Of a stretch of DNA of 64,000 bases, positions 48,673 to 60,869 are shown in pieces. The stretch covers positions 1-64,000 of the forward strand of contig MCFE01000438.1 in the NCBI GenBank assembly GCA_002104905.1. Reading direction: 5' to 3'. Origin of the DNA: Basidiobolus meristosporus CBS 931.73. Its lineage: Eukaryota; Fungi; Basidiobolomycota. The notes under the pieces were generated by a model. The model saw only the letters and a program-made list of their open reading frames with translations. It had not been told where the DNA came from and did no database searches. The position numbers and the translations under genes were made by a program. The number at the start of each line of letters is the position of its first letter. Position 1 is the first letter of the stretch.

Positions 48673-51600
48673 AGACTTGTTCTGTTGGATAGTGCCACAA
48701 AGTGCCAGCCTGTTTATAGTGCCAGATTGATCTGGCACTATCTGGCACTATAATTTCTACCATCATGCCAGTGGTGGGTTATAGTTACTGGTAATTCTAC
48801 TCTATCTTACTTTTGTTGCTGAGAGTAGTGCTTTCCTTGCTTTATTTACTCTTCATAATGCTCCAGACACATTTCTCTCAGAGGATGTCTTCTTGTATAT
48901 ATATACTGTGCATTGATAAATATTTTAACTATTTTACCTATTCTACTATTGTGTCCTATACATGACTTTCCTCTGTATTTACCTGCCAATATGCTGAATC
49001 TCTGCAGATATCCAAATGTATGCTCTACCCTCACTCTGAAATAATTAAATATCTCATTGTAGAGCTTCTGCTTCCTGCTAAGCACACCATTCCTTGGCTT
49101 CCTATAAGCTGTAATACATCCTAATCTTTGACAATCCTCTCCTATATAAGCTAAGTCTGCCATACATGTCTCCCCTCTACTGAATTCTGGATGATTCTCT
49201 ACCCAAAGTGCTTTGTCATGCTTACATCCAGCAAATGGCTTGCTAAACCAGATGATGTTACCCTCAATGTCAGACAGTGCTTGAAACTTCACACAGTGTG
49301 CCTTGTACCTCTCAGTATAAAAGTGCCTCTGCCCTCTAGAAGGTCTGTTAATCCTCACTGTGAAGGTATCCAAAATACTCCTTATATGGAGCCTGTTGCT
49401 GAACACTCTGGGATATGTAGGTCTATTGGAGCTTCTAAACCTATTACTCCAAGCTTGCTCTAAGTCATTCATACCCTCTGCAAGGTGGTTCTCCATTGTT
49501 GTCAGCTGAGAATGAAAGCTTCTAGGACTTTTGTTGCCATGGATGGTGGGATGAAACCTTGTAGGGCAATAGTTCTTGTAATATCAGAGTAGCTTAACAA
49601 GGAGTCTCCATGAGTAGATAGGGGTAGATGGACCACAGTACTTGGTATAGATCTCCTCTAGTGTGTCAAAAGGAAATCCAGTGGTAGTGATAGGATTGAT
49701 GAGAAAAGACCATTCAGATGAGTAAGTCATATTGAAATTTGAAAGGATTGGGCTGAGATGATTTGATTTGATTTGGCACAATCAGCTTTGTTTATCTGGT
49801 TTTCCATGCATTATGATTAAATCTCCATCAATTACCATGTATCCCATCATTATGTTGCAAAAATCATCCACAAACAATGACTAGGTATTTTTATTGATGT
49901 TTTACTTACAAGTACATATTCAAATAGGAAATCTGCAATTGATGTAATCTGATCCATGTCAATGCAATCCAAGATGCATCATGCATAATATATGGAAAAT
50001 TCAACAATCACATTAGTTTTCATATTTATCTCATATAAGACCAGCTTGATGCCAATACACCACAGTATAAGTATCCAAATCCATCACTATGGTCCCTATA
50101 CCAAGTCTCAACTCATCTTTAGCTCAACCTAGACAAAACCCATCCCCCAGCTCATAAGCACGGTCTGGACTGGAAAAGGCAGTGTTGGATCCATTTGAGT
50201 TCTTGCTGAATGATTTCAGTATGGCCTAAGTGTCTACAATGAGCCCTCATTCAGATATTTGGGCACTACTCATCAATTTAGCAGAACTAGATACCTTGGA
50301 GAGTCAACAGAGATGAAAGAGCCTGAACAGAAAGCTGTGGCATGAGTTCTACATCAAGATGCCAGCAGATGTATGTAAGAAGATAAATAACAAGACAAGT
50401 ATTGAAATAAAGAATGAGCTGACAGTGAGGGGATTTGATGAGGAAGCCACGCAGGAACAATTTCACGCGCAATTTGCACAGTATGGGCTGGACACATCTG
50501 TTTGTGCCTTGACTTTGGGAACCAAAGAGATTTTGAATGAGTTTTTGCCTCAAATGACTAATGTATTACGTGATATATTAGTAGAGCTAAGCGGCTTCTG
50601 AGAGCCATATACACAGGACTCATCCAGGCAACAGTGGCAAAGTATTAGACAGAAGGTAAGTGAGTACCTTGAGGAATTAGAAGTTGAGCTTCAAGAGGAG
50701 GAATACAGACCACAAGCAACATTGTCTAGATTGCGCCAGAATGCCTTGCTGGATTCCTTACCATCCCTTGCAGCTTCAGCATGCTGGCGCACGTCAGTCC
50801 AAGCTACACCAATACTCTTCACAAGAGTGCCCTGCATTGACTCAATAGGTATTGGGTCAACATGTGTGCTCCAGAGCAAAACCACCAGAACCCACCAAAC
50901 TGCTCAAAAAGACACAAGTCCATTGGAGCGGGCCCAGTCATGTCAACAAGCAGCATCACATTGAACTCAGCCAAGGGCCATGCCAGCGCATCAAGTCATG
51001 TCTGCGCATGCCATTACACCAGACCATCAGTGAGTTTCTTCTGGTGAACTGACAGATGATGACCCACATGAAGTGCCTCCACCACCAGAGCCGTTGGCAA
51101 GTAAAAAAACATGTCAGCACGTAGCACTGCAGGCCAGCTCAGTTGCATCATCCAGAGCAATTCAGCGCGGCCAAGCTGTAGCATTGCACTCATCAACTAG
51201 GACACAAAATACTGACTACAAATGCACTAGTAGCCTAGAGGATAGTCAACAAGAAAGTAGTTTAGGTCTGCAAAGTGAATCACTACCAAATGCTTCAGTA
51301 GTAATCCTAGTAAGAAAAAAGCCTAGGAGAAGATGATGCAATTGCATTAAATTGCTATTTTCTGTAATGATGCAAACAACTCATTTTTTTTTGCAATCCG
51401 CATCAAGCCATTGCTAATCAGTGATCACTAAATTTTTGATATAAGCAATGTTGAGGTTGTCTCACATTTGAGACAGGACCCCTATAAATAAACACCCTGC
51501 ATATTTATACATCATCTGTGGCACCAGTGCAGACATTTGATCTGATTTGCACCCATACAATTGGTTGCGTGCTTGCTATGACATGTTGTCCAATCACTAG

Positions 51601-52037
51601 GATCAGGAACTTACTTGCTTAATGGGCAAAATGGGATATTTGATGGCAAATCAGGTAGCTTGTGTATTAGTGAAAGAGCCAATTGGGGGCTGAAAGCTTC
51701 AGGATACTTTTGGACCATTCAACCACTGAGATACCATCCAATTGGAGTGATGATAACCAAATTGGTAAGTATCAGAGTAGTTTATAGTGTGATACGCATT
51801 TATTTGCATTTTCATTACAGAAACATACCCAAATACCGGATTTTACCTACCATAATAGCTGTATGCAATTGCGTATGTGATGCAAACATTACAAGTGGGC
51901 ACAATCTTTTGTGCCAACCTCATTGTGTCAGATTGTGCCATAGTGTGCAAGATCATCCCACATGGTGCATAACTGTCTAAGAGCAATCTTGCCTACTAGT
52001 AGCTACAATATTGCACCTGATTGTTCTTAAAGACTGC
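48673..52037. mobile_element. PHIS element copy C; frameshifted transposase (48846-49781, minus), ORF2 with stops; right end truncated
   Basis: Left TIR AGACTTGTTCTG preceded by ATT; colinear with copy A up to an inverted LTR-C end at 52038. Confidence 0.92.
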
Positions 52038-52164
52038 TGTGGTGGTGTATAGGTCCAAGGGAGAGATACACCCAACACTTCCCAAGTGTCTTGTGTGTGG
52101 GGTGTTCACTAGGTGCAATAACCTCTGGCAAAAGCTTGCTAGGAATACTTGGGTTCTGTCTCTT
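52038..52164. mobile_element. Truncated LTR-C end, inverted relative to the other copies
   Basis: TGTGGTGGTGTATAGGTCC.. is the reverse complement of the last about 127 nt of 47267-48336. Confidence 0.85.
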
Positions 52165-54066
52165 TTTTTAGTATCTGGGACACATAGTGATTAGCACAGG
52201 AGTAACCTTAGACCCTAAGACAATTGAAGTAATCAAATATATGAAGCAGCCCAATAGCAAATCAGAGCTTAAGTCATTCCTTGAAGTGGTTTCCTATTAT
52301 TGGAGATTTGTAATCTCCCTTGCAAGTATTGCAGCCCCTTTAACTGATGTCCTCAAGAAAGACAATATTGTGAGGTGGGATAGCCTGTGAAACTGCCTTT
52401 CAGATGTTGAAATAATTAGGAGTCTACCTAATTATTAGTATACTATGAACTAGCACTTAGTGAAATGATATATTTCAGATTATCAACATGGAAATTAGTT
52501 TGTAAGATATTTACTAATTATTAGGAATTAGAGAAGTACATAATTTTAGGAAAATCTGAAACTTGTCAAAATGAGCTGAGACTTGGCACATGTACTCCTG
52601 AGACTCCCCTAATAATGACCAAATAGTCACATTTACGTAGTTCTGGAATAAGTATAAATACTGTGTTGCAACTCAATAAAACATCAAGTGAATATCATAT
52701 AAATCTTCTAATTCTCCAATTTACTTCCAATATATCTCTCTAATATCTCAACAGGTTATGAGCCCCAAGCTTGCTTTATCTTGGTTGTCTACTTTGCTCT
52801 AGTGCTGTGTTGTTATTCTGGAAAAAGACTGCCTTGTCTACCTGAAGTTACAAAAGACAGAAAAGTACTGCTGCTGCAAAGAACTGCTAGATGGGATATA
52901 TTGTTTTGGAGAGAGAGGCCTTTGCCCTTAGAGAAGACACTAAGCAAAGAAAAAGGTCATATGTCAAGGAGATCATGTTGGACAAATTTCAAAAGTTATG
53001 GAATATGCAGAAGGATGAAGCTTTGAGAAAATGCGTAATCCCAGCAAGGAGTCAAAATCAATAAGGGGCATCTTACATGATATATGTATTAATGCTATGA
53101 TTCTTATTATCACCACATGATGGATCTATATTGAAGATCCACATATACCTGGGTTTGGATTAGACTATTTCAGTCAATGAAGTGCCCACATTGTTGCAGT
53201 GAATTTACATAAGTCTGTAGTAACTTGAAATGAAATGATGCGCAAACACTTTGATGCCACCTGCTGCCCTGGTTTGGAGTTGAATTTGCCAACAGATATA
53301 TGGATCAGCTTGCCCAAGCTCTGAGGATCAAAATGATATATAATATCTATATATTTGGCCAAAGATCAGTGATCTCAGATATGCCAACTTAGGAGTGGTA
53401 TGCATGATGTATCAGTGGTACTATTTCCACCACCAATGATCCTGAGGCTCTGTGAGACACTTATTAGACAAGCTACATGTCTACATCAAGTATGAGATAC
53501 AGTGGGAGGAGATACATCCATATATGTTGAAGCATGGAATTTCTACCACCATCAAGAAAAGTGCTTCCGGAGACCTTGACCAAAGTATATACATATAGTC
53601 TCTATATACACTATAGAATATGCATGAAGTACTATCAAGGAGTGTACTAGTTGCCCCACACTAGTACATATATCACATACATACAGTGATGAAAGATCAT
53701 ATATATTAGCATGGATCAGATGTTAATCATGCTATTTTGATCAGATCAAGTTACGTACAGCTCCCAGCTACGGGCCAAACTCCAATGATGATATCTGCCA
53801 CCAAGATGCTGAGAGAAATGGCTTTTTACGGAAGTTTATTTGATTAAATTTGATCAGGCCTGTGAAAAGTTATGCCAGATCCAAAGGATGACCAATTTGG
53901 TTGAAACATCTCAGAATAGATATGTTTTGAGGACAGGAGGTTCCTGAATACTCTGGGAGATCTAACAAACTGTGGATATGCTACCTGTATGGTCCAGATC
54001 TAGATCATTAAGGAAATTCCAGCAACCAGCATCTTTGAGACCAGATATGGAACAAAAACCTACCAC

Positions 54067-54870
54067 TGTGGTAGGGTAAATATACCTCCCACAGACAAGT
54101 TTATTCATATAGCCATTATGATATACTTATCCGTATTTTATCTTATCAGTATTATCCCATTCTTCTTTTGCCCATATTATCAGTATTATCCCCATATGAT
54201 GTTTACCCTGATTAGTTATTAGCATTAGTTATCCCAGATGTTATTGAGCTTTGTGATCAGTAGATGTATCTATATAAGGCAAGTACCCGTATCAGTACCC
54301 ATGACACATGACCTAGGTCTGTGTTACCATCCCTACCATTTCAATACCATATATGGTATTTCTATGTTGCACAGGTTTCAGACTACTGATTCCTGATTGG
54401 TTGAGAGTGCTGTGCCTTTTAGAACCTTCCAGGACATTCTTGGCATATTTTTAGCTCATAGTGATGTCATCAAGAATTCCACTTATACCTAGAATCTTCT
54501 AGAACCTTGTCATTAGTAATCACTTGGCAATCTGGAAAAGTATTTAAGGGAAAGCAATCCCTCATCAATAAATCATCCCTTCTATCAGTAACACTTCTAC
54601 CTTATTGATTAGCAGTTGATCACTGCACCTGCCTTCAACAGTACATCTCAGACCTGCCATCAAGGAGCTTTTGAGGGTAGTGCACAAGACACACAGAGGC
54701 CTTTAGAGACACTTGGAGCACCTAGGAAGCTAGAGAAGCAGGAGCTTTTACCATAGTGACATATTGACAAAGACACCAGCAGTTTAGACACAGAGGTTAT
54801 TGCACCCATCAGACACCTCACATACCTTGAGTTGTGTAGCTTCTCCCAGGAGTACCTCTACACCACCACA
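54067..54870. mobile_element. Diverged LTR-C subfamily solo LTR (804 bp)
   Basis: TGTGGTAGGG..CACCACCACA; shared internal blocks (TATAAGGCAAGTACC, AGAGGTTATTGCACCC); flanks CCAC / CCGC. Confidence 0.8.
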
Positions 54871-54979
54871 CCGCCAATAAGTTGCCAGTTTCTAAATGGA
54901 GTTAGGTGATACCTAGGCCAGATTTGGACTATCTAGCACACTAGATATGATCCAGTTATCCTACCACACAAGGATAGTG

Positions 54980-55700
54980 GAGTATTGCTGCTAAGGAAAG
55001 CAGCAGAGCAGTCCAAGAGAACCTACATACTCAGAGGCAACATCACAATTATGGTGAACAACGAAGTCAACTTACTTGCCGTGGAGGCTAGAGAAGTGGT
55101 ACCAAGGGCCAACCTAAGGGTTATAATGGGTCCAGAATATCATGGACTTGTCTATTTGCACTGTGAACCAAGCTCTATGCTGGAAAGTTCTATCAGAAGT
55201 AACAGTGGCTTATCAGAGCCATTATGGTAGATTTACTCAATTGGAAAGTGCCAGATCATGTTGTATGGTTCAAGCGCAATAGTACATATGAGACCATATC
55301 TATCCTGTTTAGGATTAGGCCTCTATGAATAGCTGCCAATCAAGCTGTGGTATGCTGTGGTACCAAATCAAGCCTATCAAGATGCAAAGGGAAGATCTGA
55401 ATACCGTAACAGTGATATCAGTCCAAGAAAGTTATGCCTAGATCAGAAAGATATGTATGATCTATCTCAGTCAGTTTTAGAAGGCAGGAAGCACCAGAAG
55501 ACGTAGCTTCAGTGGGAGTACAATATCCCAGATCAGGAATGAAGCAAAGCTAGGCTAGAAACCATTGAAGGCACTAGTCTGGAAGAGGAAATACTTGGTC
55601 AACTGGTGAAGAATAAGGCAACTACAATGCTGATCAATTGTTGGTCTCAACAGATCATATATGGAGTATACAAGGAAAGTTGCTATCCAGATCCAGTTAT
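54980..55700 (+). pseudogene. Heavily decayed Ty3 integrase and possible chromodomain relic
   Basis: Frameshifted NLLAVEARE..PRA and LETIEG..KYLVNW segments; weak match. Confidence 0.45.
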
Positions 55701-56729
55701 GGATATATGGAGGATAGTCTAAGTGAATTAGACTATAGACCAGAACCGTGGATGATCCAGATCTACTGGAGAGAAGACCACTTCCTAACTTTGCCAATTA
55801 TTGACCAATTTTACTCATATAAGAGACAGCAGAAAGCCTGAGAATGCAGCTCTCTGATGATACAAACTATGCCAGGATTTGATTAGTATCTGAGAAGTTT
55901 TTCCCCAATCAAATTGATGATACTCATTCATAGATATTTGTGATGAGATCAGAGTTCAGACTCAAAGCAATTTGATCTGAAGTATGTTATTAACAGTATG
56001 GACTTATACTTATTTATTACAGATAATATGCAATCCTTAACATATATTGGAGAATACATTAGTCCAATAGGTTATATGGTTAATTGCAGGTTTAATTTCA
56101 ACCGCAAGATGTACAACACCACAGCAAGTTCATAAGTATATGAATATATTATGTGAGTGGGAGTGTTGAAATAATTAGGAGTCCACCTAATTATTAGTAT
56201 ACTATGAACTAGCACTTAGTGAAATGATATATTTCAGATTATCAACATGGAAATTAGTTTGTAAGATATTTACTAATTATTAGGAATTAGAGAAGTACAG
56301 AATTTTAGGAAAATCTGAAACTTGTCCAAATGAGCTGAAACTTGGCACATGTACTCCTGAGACTCCCCTAATAATGACCAAATAGTCACATTTACGTAGT
56401 TCTGCAATAAGTATAAATACTGTGTTGCAACTCAATAAAACATCAAGTGAATATCATATAAATCTTCTAATTCTCCAATTCACTTCCAAAATATCTCTCT
56501 AATATTTCAACATCAGATGCTAAGGAATGAACTTGCTAAGCTGCCAAGCTTAAGAATACCTGACTTCAGAAATAGGTAACTCTGTGCACAGATGCTTCAG
56601 ATTATGCATTGGTGGAGTGTTGAGCCAAGAACACATGGGGAAGGACTGCCCAGTTGCCTTTGAATCCAGGAAAATTGCTTGTTCTTTGGCTTAGATCTGA
56701 TAATTTCTAAGGGAGATGCACAAAGGATT

Positions 56730-56990
56730 AATAACAAGTTTATATATGGAGCAACCAGCATTTTTTGCAAACCCAAAAGGCCTAAGTATGCTGTGTAGAA
56801 TTAGAAAATTGTTGTAAGGACCTAGACAGGTGCCTAAAGCATTGTCTATCCAGATTAACACAAATTTAGCAGAGATTGAATACAATGGTAACACAGCACA
56901 TCACAGTATATGTGTGAAGCAGCACACAAAGGGTGTGATCATCCTAGTTCTGTATACGGACAGTCTAATAATAGCTACAAATGGCTAGAA
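56730..56990 (+). pseudogene. Copia RT fragment
   Basis: LYMEQPAFF..LCRIRKLL*GPRQVPKA..IILVLYTDSLII, matching the Copia YMEQP..KSLYGLKQAPR..LYVDD pattern. Confidence 0.75.
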
Positions 56991-57129
56991 GGCACTCAGA
57001 CAGACCAAATCATATTTTCTTGGCAGGTTTGTGATGATAGTACTTTGAAAATGGAGCTATTTTCTTAAAATAGAAGTTTAATTTGACATACCTATGCTAA
57101 ACATTTTGCTCACAGACGCATAGAAGTAT

Positions 57130-57493
57130 TATGATCTGCTGCTTGAATGTTTAAGTTAGATCAGTTTTTATTCAAATCAATTAGTTATATGCTTAGGCTA
57201 TCAGTATATTAGTGTTATATATCAAATCAGTAGCATAAGTCAGCAAATGAATCTGCAGATCCTTATCAGACAGAAATAGATATATTAGGTAGAATCTTAT
57301 GAGGTAATGGTGCTGCTATCAAGTGAGTCATCTGCTACTATCTACATTAGGAAATCTAATTAGTCAGCAATTGATCTGGCAAAATGTATATAAGGAGCTG
57401 CTGGAATCTCAGAAAGATCAGTTCAAGTTTCAGTGAATACAATAGTGGCTAAACTCCCTATTCCTCTACAACTCTTATACAAAGACTTGTAAC
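57130..57493 (+). repeat. LTR-like repeat family D; other copies inverted at 58699-about 59160 and 62599-about 62985
   Basis: Three colinear copies sharing TAGTCAGCAATTGATCTGGCAAAATGTA..GGAGCTG and a common terminus GACTTGTAACA. Confidence 0.7.
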
Positions 57494-59259
57494 AAAAGTG
57501 GCAAACTGCTAGCCTGCAACAACCCCCATGGTCAACAAACTGAATTTGAGCAAATCTCTACTAGCTGTAGCTGAAGATAAATCAAGCATGATATGATCAT
57601 TCAACTAACATAGAATGTAGGACCTGACCTAATTACTGCAATTAAGCAAATCTTCAATTATCTGTATAATACCATCAATATTGTTCTGGATTACTCTAGA
57701 GCAGCTAATAGCTGTCAATTCAATGTTTAAAGTGATGCAGATTGAGGTAGGGATCTGATTTTCAGATGCTCTACTACCTGGTGTATATCTCTAAGTGTTG
57801 ATGCAACTATCACCTGGCACAGCTCTGACACTAAGTAAGGGGAGTTTTTTAGCACTTAGAAACAGTATTGAACAGTTTTAGAGTCAGTACATGATGTTTT
57901 ATAAAAGTGCTAATTTAATCTTAACAATAGGGAAATAATCACTGGATCATAGATCTGAAAACAGTGGCAAAGTTAGGACTATATGGTAACCCTAGAGTGA
58001 TCAAGACTAGTCCAGAATTGTCAAGTAAATTATTAGCTGCAGAATGGTACTAGATAGTTCAATATTTCAACAGTAACATGTATATTTTGCTAACAGACAA
58101 ATAATTGCTGCTACTTTTGCCATGAATACTGGTTGACTATCTGCAATGAGCATATGGGCATTTAGGCAATATATTTGTTCTCTCTGCTGGTTCGTAGTCC
58201 CCCTTACAGGTGTGCTCTGCACATCTTTGTATGAATTCCATATGCAAAGGTGTAGAGATTGGCTTATAACCTAGAGCAACCTGATACACCTTAGTAAAGT
58301 AGCCCTAATAAAATTAATTGCTTGTTGAGTCTATCCCAAAATTGCATTATTTAACTGGTTATCTACATATTGGTGCTGCTACGCTTCTTATTACCAAGCA
58401 CATAGGTGTTGCCATATGATTATCTGTTGTAACATTCTTCAACTCTGTGAAGTTCTCCTTCAGGTGCTGACATATCAACTTTATTACTGACTTAAGCATA
58501 TATTCCTGATGAGACTGAGATAAAGTGGTACCCACCACTTGATTAGTCTGTTTATTGCCCTACACCCTCACTCTTTAGAAATCTTCCAGAATGCAAGTAA
58601 AGCCCAATATTCTCCATACACAAAGTAATATGGAGTAGAAAATGGATACAGCAGCAGCAGAGATCTACAAACTCCACTTTATGCTTGTAGTATAGTTGTG
58701 TTACAAGTCTTGCTAAGAAGGTTATTGAGGAATAAGGAGTTTAGCTAGTATTGTATTCACTAAAACTTGAACTGATTTTATTAAGGTTCCCACAGCTCCT
58801 TATATACATTTTGCCAGATCAAATGCTGACTAATTAGATTTCCTAATGTAGATAGTGGCAGATGACTCATTTGATTACATTGTCATAACCCAATAAGATC
58901 CTACTTAATATATTTATTTCTGTCTAATAAGGATCTGCTGATTCTTTTGCTGACTAATGCTACTGACTTGATATATAACACTGATATACTGGTAGGCTCA
59001 AAACAAATCTAAAAGATTTGACTAAAAGCTGATCCAACATAAGTATTTAGCCAGTAGAACAAAACGTTATCCCCTACAAAGTTGAGAGGGTTCCCCTGAA
59101 TCTCTGTTCTTTTGATACCAATATCTTGATGGTTCAGTATTGTAAGCACGTCTTGCAAGCATGATTCAGTCTTGATCAACTAAACCCTCCTGAATATATG
59201 CTTATTTGTACACTAGCTGGCAAGTTGCAAATAGACATTTTCAGATGATCTTATATGGT

Positions 59260-60400
59260 GCCATCTATTGTGGCTCAAACATCTTCCAAACATTGTTTTC
59301 AGCAATACAACATTCCCAACTCCTTTGCTTCTGATGAAACAGTCTAATCAAATTGCTGTTCATCTTTTCTGCACCTTGAGATACTTTAGCCTCTGCCCCT
59401 TGACATCTTTGTTCCAGTTGCTGGTGTCTACTCAGCTGACTAAATTCATCTTCTGAGGTGTTTGTAAGCTTTGGTTGTGTTAGATCTCCTAGAATTGGTG
59501 GTTCACATCCATACACTAAGTAAATGGCAATTGTTGGGTGGTGTTGTGCCCTCTTACTCCACCGGCAAAGAGTGCTTGGTTTATATACTCATCCCATCTA
59601 CTAACAGCTCCAATTGAATACTTGGTTAAAATTCTTCTAAATAGTCCATTAAACTGCTCAGTGACTCCATTAGTCCTAGGATGATTACTGAGGTTTCCAA
59701 GTGTTTGATCTGCTGCATTCCCAGGTAGCTTTTGATGTCTTAACCATAGAGCTTTCTCCTCTATCAGATAAAGTCTTGGCAGGGCATCCAAACTCAAAAT
59801 GATCTCTTTGTAGATGAAACTTACAACTACTGTTCACTGGCTGCACATACAGCTTTAGCCACTGGCCATATGGTGGCATGGTATATCCTTCTCATGCACT
59901 GGATAGTTTGTTCCTCCAAGTTCAGTTTCTTGAGCACAAAAGCAACTGAGTAGTTCTTTCCCTCATGTTCTTTGCTCAGCACTTCACCAATTACATAGTC
60001 CAAAGCATCTCTGCACAGAGTAAACATCTTACTGAAGTCAGGTATTCTTGAGCCTGGCTACTTGGCTAGTTTATTGTTGAGCATCTGAAAGGCAGTCTCA
60101 CAGGCTATGTCCTACATCACAGTGCTGTCTTTCTTGAGAATATCAGTTAAAGGGGCTCAAATATCAAAGGGACCACTTTTTCAATTTGCCAAAGTAGATA
60201 TCTATACACATAAATGTATTATTGAACCTTTCCTTTCTGTCTGGGTGTCTTCAGCTTTCTGCTTAATAGTGTCTGCTAGTGGGGAGGCTCAAAGGCATGT
60301 TGAATTTCCAACACAAACTCATCACAGATAGAGAGAGTGGTGCATCCCATCCTAATTTCACAAATGTTTGTTGACTCTACCATGGTACTGGTTGACCTCA
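59260..60400 (-). pseudogene. Ty3/Gypsy pol relic (RT, RNase H, integrase), same family as 52166-56680
   Basis: APLTDILKKD..ETAFQML..RIPDF..DALDYVIGEVLS..VAF; HPRTNGVTEQFNGLFRRIL..WDEYINQALFA..PFT.LMYGCEP. Confidence 0.85.
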
Positions 60401-60522
60401 AGACTAAAATTTTTCTTGATAAGGCTTTGGTGACTCTGAGCCATGGTAGTCATATCAAGTTGCTGCTGGCTGAGGATCTGGAGTAACTGTTGCTGTTGGG
60501 CCAGGACTTGTGTATTGCATTA

Positions 60523-60869
60523 TGCTTTAAGAGTCTTGGAGATACTGAGAGTGATTGGGAGAACAAGTAGATTATGTGGTCTTTGCTCAATGATATACTG
60601 AATGTAAAGCAGTATTTATACTTTTGCCTGCTCTTGGGCATAACAAGCATGTAGAATATGTTTAGGAAGGTCCCAAGAACATGTGCACAAAGTTTGGGCT
60701 GTTTGGACAACTTCAAGAATTCTCATGTTCTAGGTACCTAGTAAATTGGTGAAATGTTACAAGTAAATTCTGACAAGGAATGTGGTCAGTATTCTCTGGG
60801 ACTTGAAGGTTATGATATAAGTGGTTAAGTTAGATGAATATTTAGGTATAATTACAAATCTTTACAACA
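60523..60869 (-). mobile_element. Degenerate solo LTR-A
   Basis: Reverse-complement match to 61214-61562; no matching TSD. Confidence 0.75.

Larger units (their letters stand above)
52405..56512 (+). mobile_element. Two-LTR Copia-type element (LTR-B 52405-52753 and 56164-56512), non-autonomous
   Basis: Two 349-bp LTRs with 8 mismatches by manual count; perfect 5-bp TSD TCAGA; PBS GGTTATGAGCCCCA (52754-52767); PPT GAGTGGGAG (56155-56163). No Copia pol recognised inside. Confidence 0.93.
52166..56680 (+). pseudogene. Ty3/Gypsy pol relic (RT end to RNase H), split by the Copia LTR-B element (52166-52404 and 56513-56680)
   Basis: LKSFLEVVSYYWRF..IAAPLTDVLKKD..W | ETAFQMLRNELAKLPSLRIPDF..TDASDYA..GVLSQ..PVAFESRK. 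Confidence 0.85.
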
